A stretch of 45,399 bases of DNA from Thermoproteota archaeon (GTDB lineage Archaea > Thermoproteota > Nitrososphaeria > Nitrososphaerales > Nitrososphaeraceae), in NCBI GenBank assembly GCA_046728425.1, contig JBKPEN010000003.1, forward strand, positions 1 through 45,399. Direction: 5' to 3'. Shown here piece by piece: positions 9,753-19,296 of the stretch (position 1 is its first letter; each line of letters opens with the position of its first letter). The translations under genes were made by a program, and so were the position numbers. The notes beneath the pieces are model-generated. The model was not told the DNA's origin. It saw only the letters and a program-made list of their open reading frames with translations, and made no database searches.

Positions 9753-10094
9753 TTGGCAACCGATATTGGTTTCATGTTAACTTCTGTTTCCTCAGGCGGC
9801 ATTTCAGGATTCTTAATAGGTTATGCAGTGAAAAAGGGAATAAAGATCATACTTAGCATAGCCGGCCTTTTATTAGCGGGTTTGGCATACCTAAATTACA
9901 AGGGATTGATAAGCGTCGACTGGGAGAGGATCGCATCCGTGTCAAACAAGGCTGTTACAGATTTTACTCTGGGCAGCGCAAGCTACGCCTCTTCCGTAAT
10001 GGATAGCCAAGTGGTGCCAACCATGATGAACTTTGGAGTTCCACTGACTGGCAGCTTTGCTGCAGGCTTTATCCTAGGATGCCTCAGGGGCTAG
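9753..10094 (+). CDS. FUN14-domain membrane protein
   Basis: GGISGFLIGYAVKK..K......G.....L.YL...GLISVDW...GSFAAGFILG matches the FUN14 pattern. Confidence 0.88.
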   Translation: MATDIGFMLTSVSSGGISGFLIGYAVKKGIKIILSIAGLLLAGLAYLNYKGLISVDWERIASVSNKAVTDFTLGSASYASSVMDSQVVPTMMNFGVPLTGSFAAGFILGCLRG

Positions 10095-10606
10095 TAAAAA
10101 AATATATTCTTGATGATTCGAGCTGAGGTTAGAGATTAAAAAACAAATCCTCAAGTTGGTTCTATAGGTGTATCTAGAAACCGAATAACTCTTTGTGTGC
10201 AGTTGTGTTGTAAGCGTTGCCCCCTACCTTCTTCCTTTGCTATCAATTTGTTTGTGTGTGTTTGTTTTTTCTTTCCGCTCGCATTTGCATATACCACTGG
10301 ATCTGATCATAGGATAGGAATATACCCATCCACTCTGTATAGATTATCTCGCTCTTAGGCATCCTGATGACGATGACAATGATGGTTTCATAAATCTCTT
10401 CAATATTGTCCTCATCGCTGTTGTTCTTAGGTGTCGAAAGAATTTCCCACTTTACCCGTTATTGTGGCTGATACAAAAGATATGTTAGTCAAAAGTATTA
10501 GGCTTTATTGCTAACAGGCTTGTCAAGGTAGCCAATACTATCTGAACATCTGGTAAACATTCCTTTAGGATACCACTATTAACCTATAAATGAATTATCA
10601 GTGCAT

Positions 10607-10768
10607 ATGATTGTAAGCGTTGTGTGTGACAAATGCAGTTCGACAGTGTACAAGATGAAAGCGTTGCGCCCCGTAAAAGAGATATTGAGTCAGTCAAGCA
10701 ACCGTTGCACAACCTGTGGTGCTCCTCTTAGCCTTGGAGAGTTTTTGATAAGAGCTTCAAAAAATTGA
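10607..10768 (+). CDS. 53-aa zinc-ribbon microprotein (not in ORF track)
   Basis: MIVSVVCDKCSSTVYKMKALRPVKEILSQSSNRCTTCGAPLSLGEFLIRASKN*; two CxxC knuckles; TATAAAT about 20 nt upstream. Confidence 0.82.
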   Translation: MIVSVVCDKCSSTVYKMKALRPVKEILSQSSNRCTTCGAPLSLGEFLIRASKN

Positions 10769-11080
10769 CGTGAGTTCCGTATGTTGGCGAAGATTCAGTC
10801 TACCTTTTATTTTGAATTCTTTGAAAAAACTAATCGACGTTCTCCAACCCTTAGGAGATAAAAAATTGGCTCGACTCAATCAAGCATATGTGCGTACCAC
10901 CACCTTCCACCATTCTGTCGTAGCTTGTCTAAGGTTAATATTTTTAATTTTTAGCTTCAATATTAATGCGCATTTCTTATTTTCGTTTTAGTACGCGCAT
11001 AGCTGTGGTGTGATGTTTTGGGCATCGGCGGGTGTACATGTGCGTGTGTGTGCGCATGCGCGTCTGTATCTGTATTTTAT

Positions 11081-12355
11081 TTACTGTAGATAGCCATATG
11101 AAAGCAAGAGATCACTGTCTCGAACCCATCCGCTTCCAATGTCAGTCCTATAAAACATGTTTGGTATCATGATGTTTGCTACTCTCTGGTACGCCTGCTT
11201 GCTTGCCTCGGCAGTGGTAGTACCGGAACCTGTAACCACAAGCGAATAGCCTGACCTCCCAGCAACGCGCCAATCGTTGCCTTCTCTCTTTACCTCGCCT
11301 AGATGGATTCCGTCTAGGTTCTGAGTCTTAAAAAGTATGGTAGCTTCTTCAGAGAATTTTCGGAAGGTTCTATCATCATTGAATGGAAATGGCGGGACAG
11401 CTATGACAACCCCAACTTGAAATCCGCTTTTTGTCTTTAGTTCCGCCTTTTCTTCAGATGAGATAGAATGAAGGAATTTACCCCATTTGCTGGTGACTCC
11501 TTCCATGTGGATAGATAATGTAGGGTATCCGAAGCGTGACGTGAACTCTAAAGGATATATGCCAGTTCCATTTGCGATGCAATTGACATCGATATAGCCC
11601 GCGTAATTTGAGGTAGCAAGGTTTTGTTGGATTTTTTCAAGCGTTAGTTGAAAAATCCTGCTATTCTGTATCCATAGCATCAGAGTACCCATCTCACCCG
11701 TGCTGGGGCCAATGTTGCCTGGGAACAATCGCTTGTGCTCAAAGTTGATATTCACAGGCCGGATGAATTCTTTTCCATTGAAGAATCCTCCTACAGCTAC
11801 CTCTACACCAGAGGAATACTTCTGCAGTTGAAAAGCCTTTATTTTATTTGACCAATTCTTCTTGTAATGCGCAAGGACATTGATCACGTCATTGCCATCA
11901 GCCTCTTGACCTACAAATAGCAACTCTTTTTCGCTCTGTGCTTTCCCGCTTGGTTTTATGACATATCTGGCAGAGTTTGCATGTACAAATTGTATGGCAT
12001 CATCAAAATTCGAAAAATTCCAGCTTGGAAGCACGGAGACACCCGCCTTTGCAAGCTCCTGCTGGCCGAATTCTCTTTCATTTTCAAGCTTATCTGTATA
12101 TAAGCTTCCTCCTATCACCTTCTTGCCTTCAGCTCTCAGTTTCTCCGCTACCTTGCCAAATCCAATATCGTCAAAAACAACTACGTCTGCCCAATCTGTA
12201 TTGTCCTCCCAGGAATCGACCTTATCTACAAAGCCATCGCCTACGTCTTTTTCCGTCACACTCTGTATGTAGAACCTGACATCATTGCCCTCCTGCCGTA
12301 AGACGTAGGCAAGGTCAACGCTTAGGGCTTCAGGGGATACGAAGAGGAATTTCAT
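11081..12355 (-). CDS. purD: Phosphoribosylamine--glycine ligase-like ATP-grasp protein (atypical PurD family)
   Basis: LE..REFG, YVIKPSG, GVEVAV, EHKRLFPGNIGPSTGEMGT, LEFTSRFGYP, YRTDIG; lacks the canonical N-terminal GSGGREHA. Confidence 0.75.
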   Translation of the reverse strand: MKFLFVSPEALSVDLAYVLRQEGNDVRFYIQSVTEKDVGDGFVDKVDSWEDNTDWADVVVFDDIGFGKVAEKLRAEGKKVIGGSLYTDKLENEREFGQQELAKAGVSVLPSWNFSNFDDAIQFVHANSARYVIKPSGKAQSEKELLFVGQEADGNDVINVLAHYKKNWSNKIKAFQLQKYSSGVEVAVGGFFNGKEFIRPVNINFEHKRLFPGNIGPSTGEMGTLMLWIQNSRIFQLTLEKIQQNLATSNYAGYIDVNCIANGTGIYPLEFTSRFGYPTLSIHMEGVTSKWGKFLHSISSEEKAELKTKSGFQVGVVIAVPPFPFNDDRTFRKFSEEATILFKTQNLDGIHLGEVKREGNDWRVAGRSGYSLVVTGSGTTTAEASKQAYQRVANIMIPNMFYRTDIGSGWVRDSDLLLSYGYLQ

Positions 12356-12668
12356 TTCAATTCCATTATTCAGGAAGGTCTTGGAATTTTAAAGAATATC
12401 GGTCCAGCTGATGGTTAATAATTTTACAAACTTCAATTTTCATAGACATATAGGGAAGAATAATAATAATAATAATATAGTCGAATGCTTAGAAAGGAAT
12501 CAACCATTTAATCAAATATTATTCGTCGTCTTCATCAAAAACCGTTCAGAGATGGGTGGTTCGAATTTGGAAGATATTTGAGCATAAGACAACAGATTTA
12601 CAATCACAAAAGCAAATCACTCACCATCCAGTTCGACAAAAAAAGAAAAACAATTGCTTCCTTGCTTG

Positions 12669-12696
12669 TAAGCTGAATATCACATTATTCAGCTTA
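12669..12696. promoter_or_regulatory. Perfect 11-bp inverted repeat, candidate operator
   Basis: TAAGCTGAATA-tcacat-TATTCAGCTTA in the divergent intergenic region. Confidence 0.4.
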
Positions 12697-12817
12697 ATAC
12701 CGTCGTTGCGATAATTGAATCGAGTATTCAAATAGCTTAAACCCCGCGGCTAGGCCGTGACCCTTATAACAGCAAACTGCAAAAACCTTTTTTTGGGTGT
12801 ACAACCAATGATATTCA

Positions 12818-13135
12818 TTGGATCCTTATGTCAAAAGATTTCTTAAAGTCCAATTAATGTGGATAGCAATATCTATTGCTATAAGCCTTGCCCTTGCTTT
12901 TTTCCTTCCATTCCCATTTGATATTATTTCCATAATAGGAGTCTTCCTCAGCATTAACTACTTCATCAGGCAGAGACAGATGAGAAAAATGGGTCTTAAC
13001 GCATGGAGCATTTTTGGATCGGCTCAGGGTTCTGGAAAGCAAGGCGTGAACTATTATTGCATAAATTGCGGCACTAAGCATAATCAGGCAGCATGCCCCA
13101 ACTGCGGTTCTAAATTAAAAAAGGCAGGCTTCTAA
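12818..13135 (+). CDS. Two-TM membrane protein with C-terminal zinc ribbon
   Basis: Two hydrophobic helices, then [20 protein letters not shown]. Confidence 0.85.
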   Translation: MDPYVKRFLKVQLMWIAISIAISLALAFFLPFPFDIISIIGVFLSINYFIRQRQMRKMGLNAWSIFGSAQGSGKQGVNYYCINCGTKHNQAACPNCGSKLKKAGF

Positions 13136-13203
13136 TTTTACAAGTAAAATAAAAAGATCTATAGTTGAAAGCTTTTGAATCTCAACGTGTATTATGCTGA
13201 GCC

Positions 13204-13344
13204 TTAATATGCATATGCTCCGTCCTCGGGCCTGCATTGGTTACATAAGGTCCTTGTCTTATTATTGTCAATCTTTGTAGGCTTTACTTCAATATTTGTC
13301 AATCCACACTGCTCACACTTTCCTATCATCTGCATTAAGGGCAT
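13204..13344 (-). CDS. Small zinc-finger protein (41-46 aa)
   Basis: MPLMQMIGKCEQCGLTNIEVKPTKIDNNKTRTLCNQCRPEDGAYAY*; two CxxC motifs; start could be 13344, 13335 or 13329. Confidence 0.75.
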   Translation of the reverse strand: MPLMQMIGKCEQCGLTNIEVKPTKIDNNKTRTLCNQCRPEDGAYAY

Positions 13345-13795
13345 GCATCCTATAAACCATAAAGCTTTGTATACGCACCGGAGCGTCCCTGGATTTTGTC
13401 TAACAGCTAAAAAGTGCATGAAATATTCAAAGTTTATTCTATATAGCTCAACTGAGCGATATAGATCAGATTGGAGCAGTAATCAAATGAACCAGCAGCT
13501 ATTTTGCACAAGATACTGCCGCGAATAAAAGAGCACAACCTTATTGCATAGATATATTATAATAAGTAACCAACTACAGGTTTCACTAAATAAATATAAC
13601 CTATATGACAACAAAATGACTGCAGGCATAGAGAGAGATCAAGAAATTGCAGTGAACTGAACTACAACACCTTCTATTTCCCGACACAGGATCTCCTGCA
13701 CTTTTGCTAAACATATAGAACTGGATTCAGATGTCCACGCGAATGAGAAATCAAAAGCAGGAAAAGGTAACAAAAGATCACTCAAGGCTGGGCTT

Positions 13796-14632
13796 CTAGT
13801 AGTAATATCTAGTATCAGGAAATGATTCTATTTCAGTGATTAGATGCCATACTGACTTGTATCTTTTCTCAGCCTCCAACTCAAGCATCTTCAATATGCA
13901 CATGTCAAGTTCTTTAGTAATAGTGGGATGATACCTCGAAGGCGGATGTACAACTTTTGATCTTTTCAGACTGCTGTCTCTTTGATCATACATAGACGGC
14001 ATCCTTCCTGTCATCATTTCATAAAATATGACTCCTAAAGAGTAAATGTCTGCCCGTCCATTTACCACATCAAACATGAACCACTGTTCAGGTGCACAGT
14101 AACCCGGTGTGCCTCCTATCTGTCCTAGGGACGCTGTAAGAGCAATCGACTTTCTTCCTATGTCTCTACCAAGTCCCCAATCAGTTATTTTTATGTGCGC
14201 CCTGTCGTTGCTAGTATAGATGATATTATCAGGCTTCAAGTCTCGGTGATATATGCCGGCGCTATGAGCTTGTGCAAGTGCATGGCATGCGGGTAGAATT
14301 ATGGTATTGATGGTCCAATTTCTTTGAAACACATAAGCATCTTTGAATTTATCGTCCATATGCTCTCTAAGGGATCCCCCACGAAGATACTCCATGGTAT
14401 ACCATGGGCTAAAATCAGGAGGATCACCGCCAAGGTTCCATTCAATAATCTTTACGATGTTTGGATGGTTTAGTTGAGCAAGTATCTTGATTTCAGTTTC
14501 AAACCTTTGCTTGTTGATTGTACCAACATCTCTTAGCAGCTTCATAGCATAGGCGTTACCGTCGCTAGCCTGCACTTCATATACGTTTCCAAACCCGCCA
14601 GAACCTAGTTTCCTGACTATCTGGTACTTCAC
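13796..14632 (-). CDS. Hanks-type serine/threonine protein kinase (catalytic domain only)
   Basis: LGSGGFGNVY, YAMK, E in helix C, HRDLKPDN, DWG, GTPGYCAPE, DIYSLG, subdomain XI Arg. Confidence 0.95.
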   Translation of the reverse strand: MKYQIVRKLGSGGFGNVYEVQASDGNAYAMKLLRDVGTINKQRFETEIKILAQLNHPNIVKIIEWNLGGDPPDFSPWYTMEYLRGGSLREHMDDKFKDAYVFQRNWTINTIILPACHALAQAHSAGIYHRDLKPDNIIYTSNDRAHIKITDWGLGRDIGRKSIALTASLGQIGGTPGYCAPEQWFMFDVVNGRADIYSLGVIFYEMMTGRMPSMYDQRDSSLKRSKVVHPPSRYHPTITKELDMCILKMLELEAEKRYKSVWHLITEIESFPDTRYYY

Positions 14633-15023
14633 TTAGGTAAAACCCTGTATGTGACGAATTGCGAAAGAGGTAATAATACTTGTCGGGGGATCCGTAGTAC
14701 ACACTAGTTACGTGGCATTTTGGATGACCAAGCCACCTTGAATAATGAAAGCTTATCTATTTGATCGATGATGAGAGTAATTCTAAAACCTACAAGCAAC
14801 AAACAGTAGAAGACAAAAAGAGCATTAGCCTGACTTGATACTTCTTTTCGTCATCGCTAATCGTCCAGGAGCGGTTCAATCTTATTATAACAGAATACAG
14901 ATAGCTATGAAGGATAGTTTGCAGAAATAGTGCCCGATTTCTTAGTAGAGGCCCAACCAATTTACCAGTACAACGTATATGATACATAGATAAGTGATAA
15001 TTACTCAGACTAAGTATCTCCGA

Positions 15024-15365
15024 ATGAGGAAAGAATACATCGTTGCAAAGATTCAATCGCCCCAAGAAGGATCTCACTACGTTTACGTCACGTTTAGCGA
15101 TGACAAGGAGTATAGGTCTCAAGAAAAGAAGACACAGAGTGATTTTGGTCCAGGAGTAGGCACATTCAATTCAATTGAAGATCTAATGAAGAATATGCCA
15201 AAGATGATGGCAAATATACCCGGGCTAGGGGGAGGAGTAGGAACCCAAACGGAATCTCCCACAGTTAAACTTTCAATGAGAGAATATGAAGATATGAATA
15301 TCAAGGTCGGCGACAAAGTTTATTTTGATATTTACAAACCTGATAATAGTGACGAGGGAGTTTAA
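15024..15365 (+). CDS. Conserved thaumarchaeal hypothetical protein (possibly arcadin-1-like fold)
   Basis: ATG at 15024; C-terminal PTVKLSMREYEDMNIKVGDKV motif. Confidence 0.75.
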   Translation: MRKEYIVAKIQSPQEGSHYVYVTFSDDKEYRSQEKKTQSDFGPGVGTFNSIEDLMKNMPKMMANIPGLGGGVGTQTESPTVKLSMREYEDMNIKVGDKVYFDIYKPDNSDEGV

Positions 15366-15398
15366 AATTGTGGATAAGGTGGTTGCATCCGAACGTGA

Positions 15399-15417
15399 TG
15401 GACTGGGCGGGATTTGA
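15399..15417. repeat. att-like direct repeat, duplicate of the tRNA-Ala 3' end
   Basis: TGGACTGGGCGGGATTTGA is identical to 19513-19531. Confidence 0.93.
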
Positions 15418-16011
15418 GTCTTGCATATAGGCGGATTCAAAACTCTCCTAGCTTTAAAGTATATGTGCCAGAGATTCTGTTCGTTCGACGATTATGAGAA
15501 TTTGAAGTTGTTTGAAGACTACTTGGCACAAGCGGAGAAATCGTGGATAAAGTAGATTAAATGAAGCAAAAAGAAATTGCATAGGTGGAAAATATTGCAG
15601 CCTATTTGATCTAGGGCTAATTCTACATCGCTTATCGAGGTAGCTTATTTGCTGTCATCCATGGGATATGACTGTAAGAAATGGTCCCCGAGAAAACCAG
15701 GAGGAAAAGATCTTCGCCAATTAGGCGTATACAATTGAAAGACGGGTTCGGTAGTTCTCGCACCGAGAATAGTTCTAAGAATAGACTCTTTGCTATTAGA
15801 GTAAGTAGTCAGCTTTAAAGTTTTCCGTTCGAAAAACGTGTCTGCATAGAAGAGGTGCAATATTCATCTTTATTCTTAATACGACCCTATTCAAACAGTA
15901 GTTCATAGATTACTGGGATTCTCACATAGAAAGTTTCGCATACAAAAGAGCTGACTCTGCGAGCTCTGGAAACTACAGGGTGTCACAAATAACTTTTGAT
16001 AGGGTGCGGAC

Positions 16012-17034
16012 TTACTTAGAAGGCCGCAGCAGTGTCTTAATCGCGTGGCGCTCGTCCATTGCGCGGTAGCCCTCGGCGACTTGGTCGAGGGGCAAGACCA
16101 GATCGAAGACCTTGCCGGGATCGATAGGTCTACTCCATACAAGGTCGAGCAGTTTTGGGAGGAAGCGGCGCACTGGAGCGGGCCCACCGTGCAGATGGAC
16201 ATGGGAGAAGAACAGCTGCTCACCGTCGAGTGCGACGCCGTGCGGGACGCCAACGTAACCCACGTAGCCTCCAGGGCGAGTAGAATTTATTGCCTGCATC
16301 ATCGACTGAGGAGTGCCAACGCACTCCAGTACCGAGTCAGCGCCGATTCCGTTCGTCAGCTGTTTGATACGGGCCACGCCCTCACCTCCGCGCTCAGTCA
16401 CGATTTCGGTCGCGCCGAAGTCTCGGGCGAGATTCTGCCGCGACGGATGACGGCTCATCGCCATAATTCGCTTCGCCCCCATCTGCTTCGCGGAGAGCAC
16501 ACCCAGCAGCCCGACTGCTCCGTCACCGACCACCGCAACCGTTGAGCCAGGTTTAACGTTCGCTGCATCCGCGGCGAACCACCCAGTCCCCATGACATCC
16601 GAGAGCGTCAGGAGGCTCGGGACTAAGTCCTCTGCGGGGACATCCGGAGTTGCGACAAGGGTGCCGTCAGCAAGCGGCACGCGCAGCAACGGCGCCTGCG
16701 CGCCGTAGACGGGCTCACGTACATGGCAGGAAGACTGATAACCGATCTGGCAGTTGGGACAGGTGTTGTCGGATGCAAAGAATGAGCCGATGACGAACTG
16801 GCCAGGCTTAATGGATTTGACTGCGCTTCCGACCTCTTCGACAGTGCCGCAGTATTCGTGCCCCATTGGGGTCGGCTGTGCAAACGATTCGATGCCACGG
16901 TATGGCCACAAGTCAGATCCGCACACGCATGTAGCCGAGTTCCTGATGATGGCATCCGTCGGCTTGACGATGTTCGGGGCCTTGCGCTCCTCGAAGCGTA
17001 TTTCGCGCGGCCCGTACAGAATACTGCCTCGCAT
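16012..17034 (-). CDS. Zinc-dependent alcohol dehydrogenase (MDR family)
   Basis: CVCGSDL, MGHEYCG, C-x2-C-x7-C, GDGAVG; likely start is ATG 17034 behind AAGGAG (the track starts at GTG 17043). Confidence 0.93.
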   Translation of the reverse strand: MRGSILYGPREIRFEERKAPNIVKPTDAIIRNSATCVCGSDLWPYRGIESFAQPTPMGHEYCGTVEEVGSAVKSIKPGQFVIGSFFASDNTCPNCQIGYQSSCHVREPVYGAQAPLLRVPLADGTLVATPDVPAEDLVPSLLTLSDVMGTGWFAADAANVKPGSTVAVVGDGAVGLLGVLSAKQMGAKRIMAMSRHPSRQNLARDFGATEIVTERGGEGVARIKQLTNGIGADSVLECVGTPQSMMQAINSTRPGGYVGYVGVPHGVALDGEQLFFSHVHLHGGPAPVRRFLPKLLDLVWSRPIDPGKVFDLVLPLDQVAEGYRAMDERHAIKTLLRPSK

Positions 17035-17039
17035 GGTTT

Positions 17040-17267
17040 TCACTCCTTATTTTTCGCGCCTCGGGAATACCGCGATGCTTCCGTCAAACTGCTGCTTCGG
17101 GGAAATGTTGTTGCCGCTGGATGCTTACCTTCAGTGATAAATGCGTCTGTGTGGCATACCCCACTCGCATGGACCTTTATCAAGACTTGATTGGCTGAAG
17201 GCTCTGGAGTGGGCACGTCTTTGACTTCCCACTTGGCGCCCACGCTTTGGACAAGTGCCGCTTTCAT
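17040..17267 (-). pseudogene. N-terminal fragment of a second Zn-dependent alcohol dehydrogenase
   Basis: MKAALV...VPTPEPSANQVLIKVHASGVCHTD...FPR, after which similarity stops just before the expected GHE motif. Confidence 0.8.
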
Positions 17268-17333
17268 ATCACACAACCGATGCACGTAAAGCGTTAAGAG
17301 GGCTTGCGAGCACTAATCTGTAGATGTAATTAT

Positions 17334-17732
17334 TTAGGGTCTGCGGTATTGTTCTTCACTAACTTTTTCCATCCAGTCAACGGCCTTACCATCGAGCTGC
17401 TCCTGGATGGCGATATGAGTCATAGCGGTTGTGTGAGTGGCTCCATGCCAATGCTTTTCACCGGGAGGAAACCAGACTACATCTCCCGGCCGAACTTCCT
17501 CAATAGGTTCGCCATAGCGCTGAACCCAGCCGCAGCCAGTCGTGACAATAAGAGTTTGACCCAGCGGATGAGTGTGCCATGCAGTGCGTGCGCCGGGCTC
17601 GAACGTAACGCTGGCACCTTGAACACGTGCCGGGGCAGGTGCCTGAAAAAGTGGATCGATCCTTACAGTGCCAGTGAACCAGTCAGATGGCCCCTTACTA
17701 GAGGCTTGCGTTCCAATTCTTCTAATTTCCAT
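17334..17732 (-). CDS. Cupin, hydroxynitrile lyase / (R)-mandelonitrile lyase-like family
   Basis: [68 protein letters not shown]. Confidence 0.85.
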   Translation of the reverse strand: MEIRRIGTQASSKGPSDWFTGTVRIDPLFQAPAPARVQGASVTFEPGARTAWHTHPLGQTLIVTTGCGWVQRYGEPIEEVRPGDVVWFPPGEKHWHGATHTTAMTHIAIQEQLDGKAVDWMEKVSEEQYRRP

Positions 17733-18196
17733 TTTGGTTTCCCTTAGTGCTAATAGTATAATGTGTTACTTCCTTAGGCTATAAAGAATAGTTTTTCCGG
17801 CAGAAACCATAAGAATAACACCAAACCTTTCGCGATTCCAGCTATCGCAAGCGGTCGACACTTTAGTTGGAAGAGGTTACCGAGGCAATTCCTTTCTGAC
17901 CTGCAACCGTCATAACGGAGGTAATGACTAGTTTAGCTTCAACTCTTGGGGATCCATGTTGGAACTAATTAAGGAAACACACTTTCGAGTCTTTGATACC
18001 GGTCATGCTTCTTTGGTTAAATTCTTTTATTTAATGCCCACAAGTAGACATTATGTCGATAAGTCAATTTCACGATCAATCATGTGCTGATCGGTATAGA
18101 GCGAAGGCTTATGCTGCTGCAAGTGCGACGTCGCCTCTCGCTCTTACCACGATACCACGCCTAGAGGGACTTGCAGGAGTTAAGGAGGGATGATCC

Positions 18197-18958
18197 ATGA
18201 AACCGTCTTTTGAGAACAAAGTTGCACTAGTCACCGGGGCAGGCTCCGGTATGGGCCTGGCTGCGGGGCATGCATTCGCTGAAGATGGTGCCGCGGTCGC
18301 GCTAGTTGACATCAATGAATCGGCAGTGCGGACAGCCGCCGAACATATGATCGCTGCCGGCCACAAGGCGATCGCTATCCGGTGCGATGTCACCAATGAA
18401 GCTCAGGTGAAGGCGATGGTCGAGCAAACCGTTTCAGCATTTGGGAGGCTGAATATGGCGTTCAATAACGCTGGCGTGCAGAGTCCTGCCGTCGAAACTG
18501 CGGATGCCAGCAGTCAAGAGTTCGACCGAGTGAATGCGATCAATCTCCGCAGTGTCTGGCTCTGCATGAAATACGAATTGCTCCAGATGCGCAAACAAGG
18601 AAGTGGAGCCATCGTGAACAATTCTTCTATCGGCGGTCTCATCGGCATCCCGGGCGTGGCCATCTATCATGCAACCAAACACGGCGTTATCGGGCTGACT
18701 AAGAGTGCAGCTCTTGAATATGCGTCTAGAGGCATTCGTATCAATGCCGTGTGCCCCGGGACTATCAATACACCCATGGTTGCCGAAATGATCTCCAAAG
18801 AACCCGAAACCATGAAAGACATCATGAAGGAGCAACCGATAGGTCGACTTGGTAGGCCTGAGGAAGTTGCCTCTGCTGTTCTGTGGCTTTGCAGCCCTGG
18901 TGCGAGTTTCGTGATCGGTCATGCGCTCGCGGTGGATGGAGGATACACCGCACGTTGA
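18197..18958 (+). CDS. Short-chain dehydrogenase/reductase (SDR)
   Basis: [17 protein letters not shown] catalytic motif, NAVCPG, VDGG; AAGGAGG upstream. Confidence 0.95.
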   Translation: MKPSFENKVALVTGAGSGMGLAAGHAFAEDGAAVALVDINESAVRTAAEHMIAAGHKAIAIRCDVTNEAQVKAMVEQTVSAFGRLNMAFNNAGVQSPAVETADASSQEFDRVNAINLRSVWLCMKYELLQMRKQGSGAIVNNSSIGGLIGIPGVAIYHATKHGVIGLTKSAALEYASRGIRINAVCPGTINTPMVAEMISKEPETMKDIMKEQPIGRLGRPEEVASAVLWLCSPGASFVIGHALAVDGGYTAR

Positions 18959-19197
18959 CTAGTCCACTGAAAAGAGGACGACGTAACTTAATTCTAAAAT
19001 CTCCAACTTTATCCATGATTGCTACGAGATTGCCATCTTGTGCCCTCAGATGTTCCATGACTGCAGGTTTCAAACGAGAGCCGCATAAATCACAAACAAC
19101 ACGGCCTGTTCGTGGCTACTTATCGTCGGTACAGGATAGGAAGGGACTGCAAAAGGGGATTATCACCTTTAGAGCATTATACTGATGGCGCTCAGAT

Positions 19198-19296
19198 ACC
19201 CCCTTGCATGATAAAATACACAAACTTTTGTCTTCATACTCCGATAGTCAATTGGCTTTCTTGCTTGATGTGATGAGTAAGACTATAGAGCTAACT
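19198..19296 (+). pseudogene. Possible C-terminal remnant of a MarR-family regulator
   Basis: PLHDKIHKLLSSYSDSQLAFLLDVMSKTIELT resembles MarR C-terminal dimerisation helices; no start codon. Confidence 0.35.

Noticed and set aside
10770-10991. 73-aa ORF after the zinc-ribbon microprotein
   Set aside because: GTG start, AT-rich low-information sequence, no motif
15645-15860. 71-aa ORF inside the island
   Set aside because: TTG start and no recognisable similarity; could be debris
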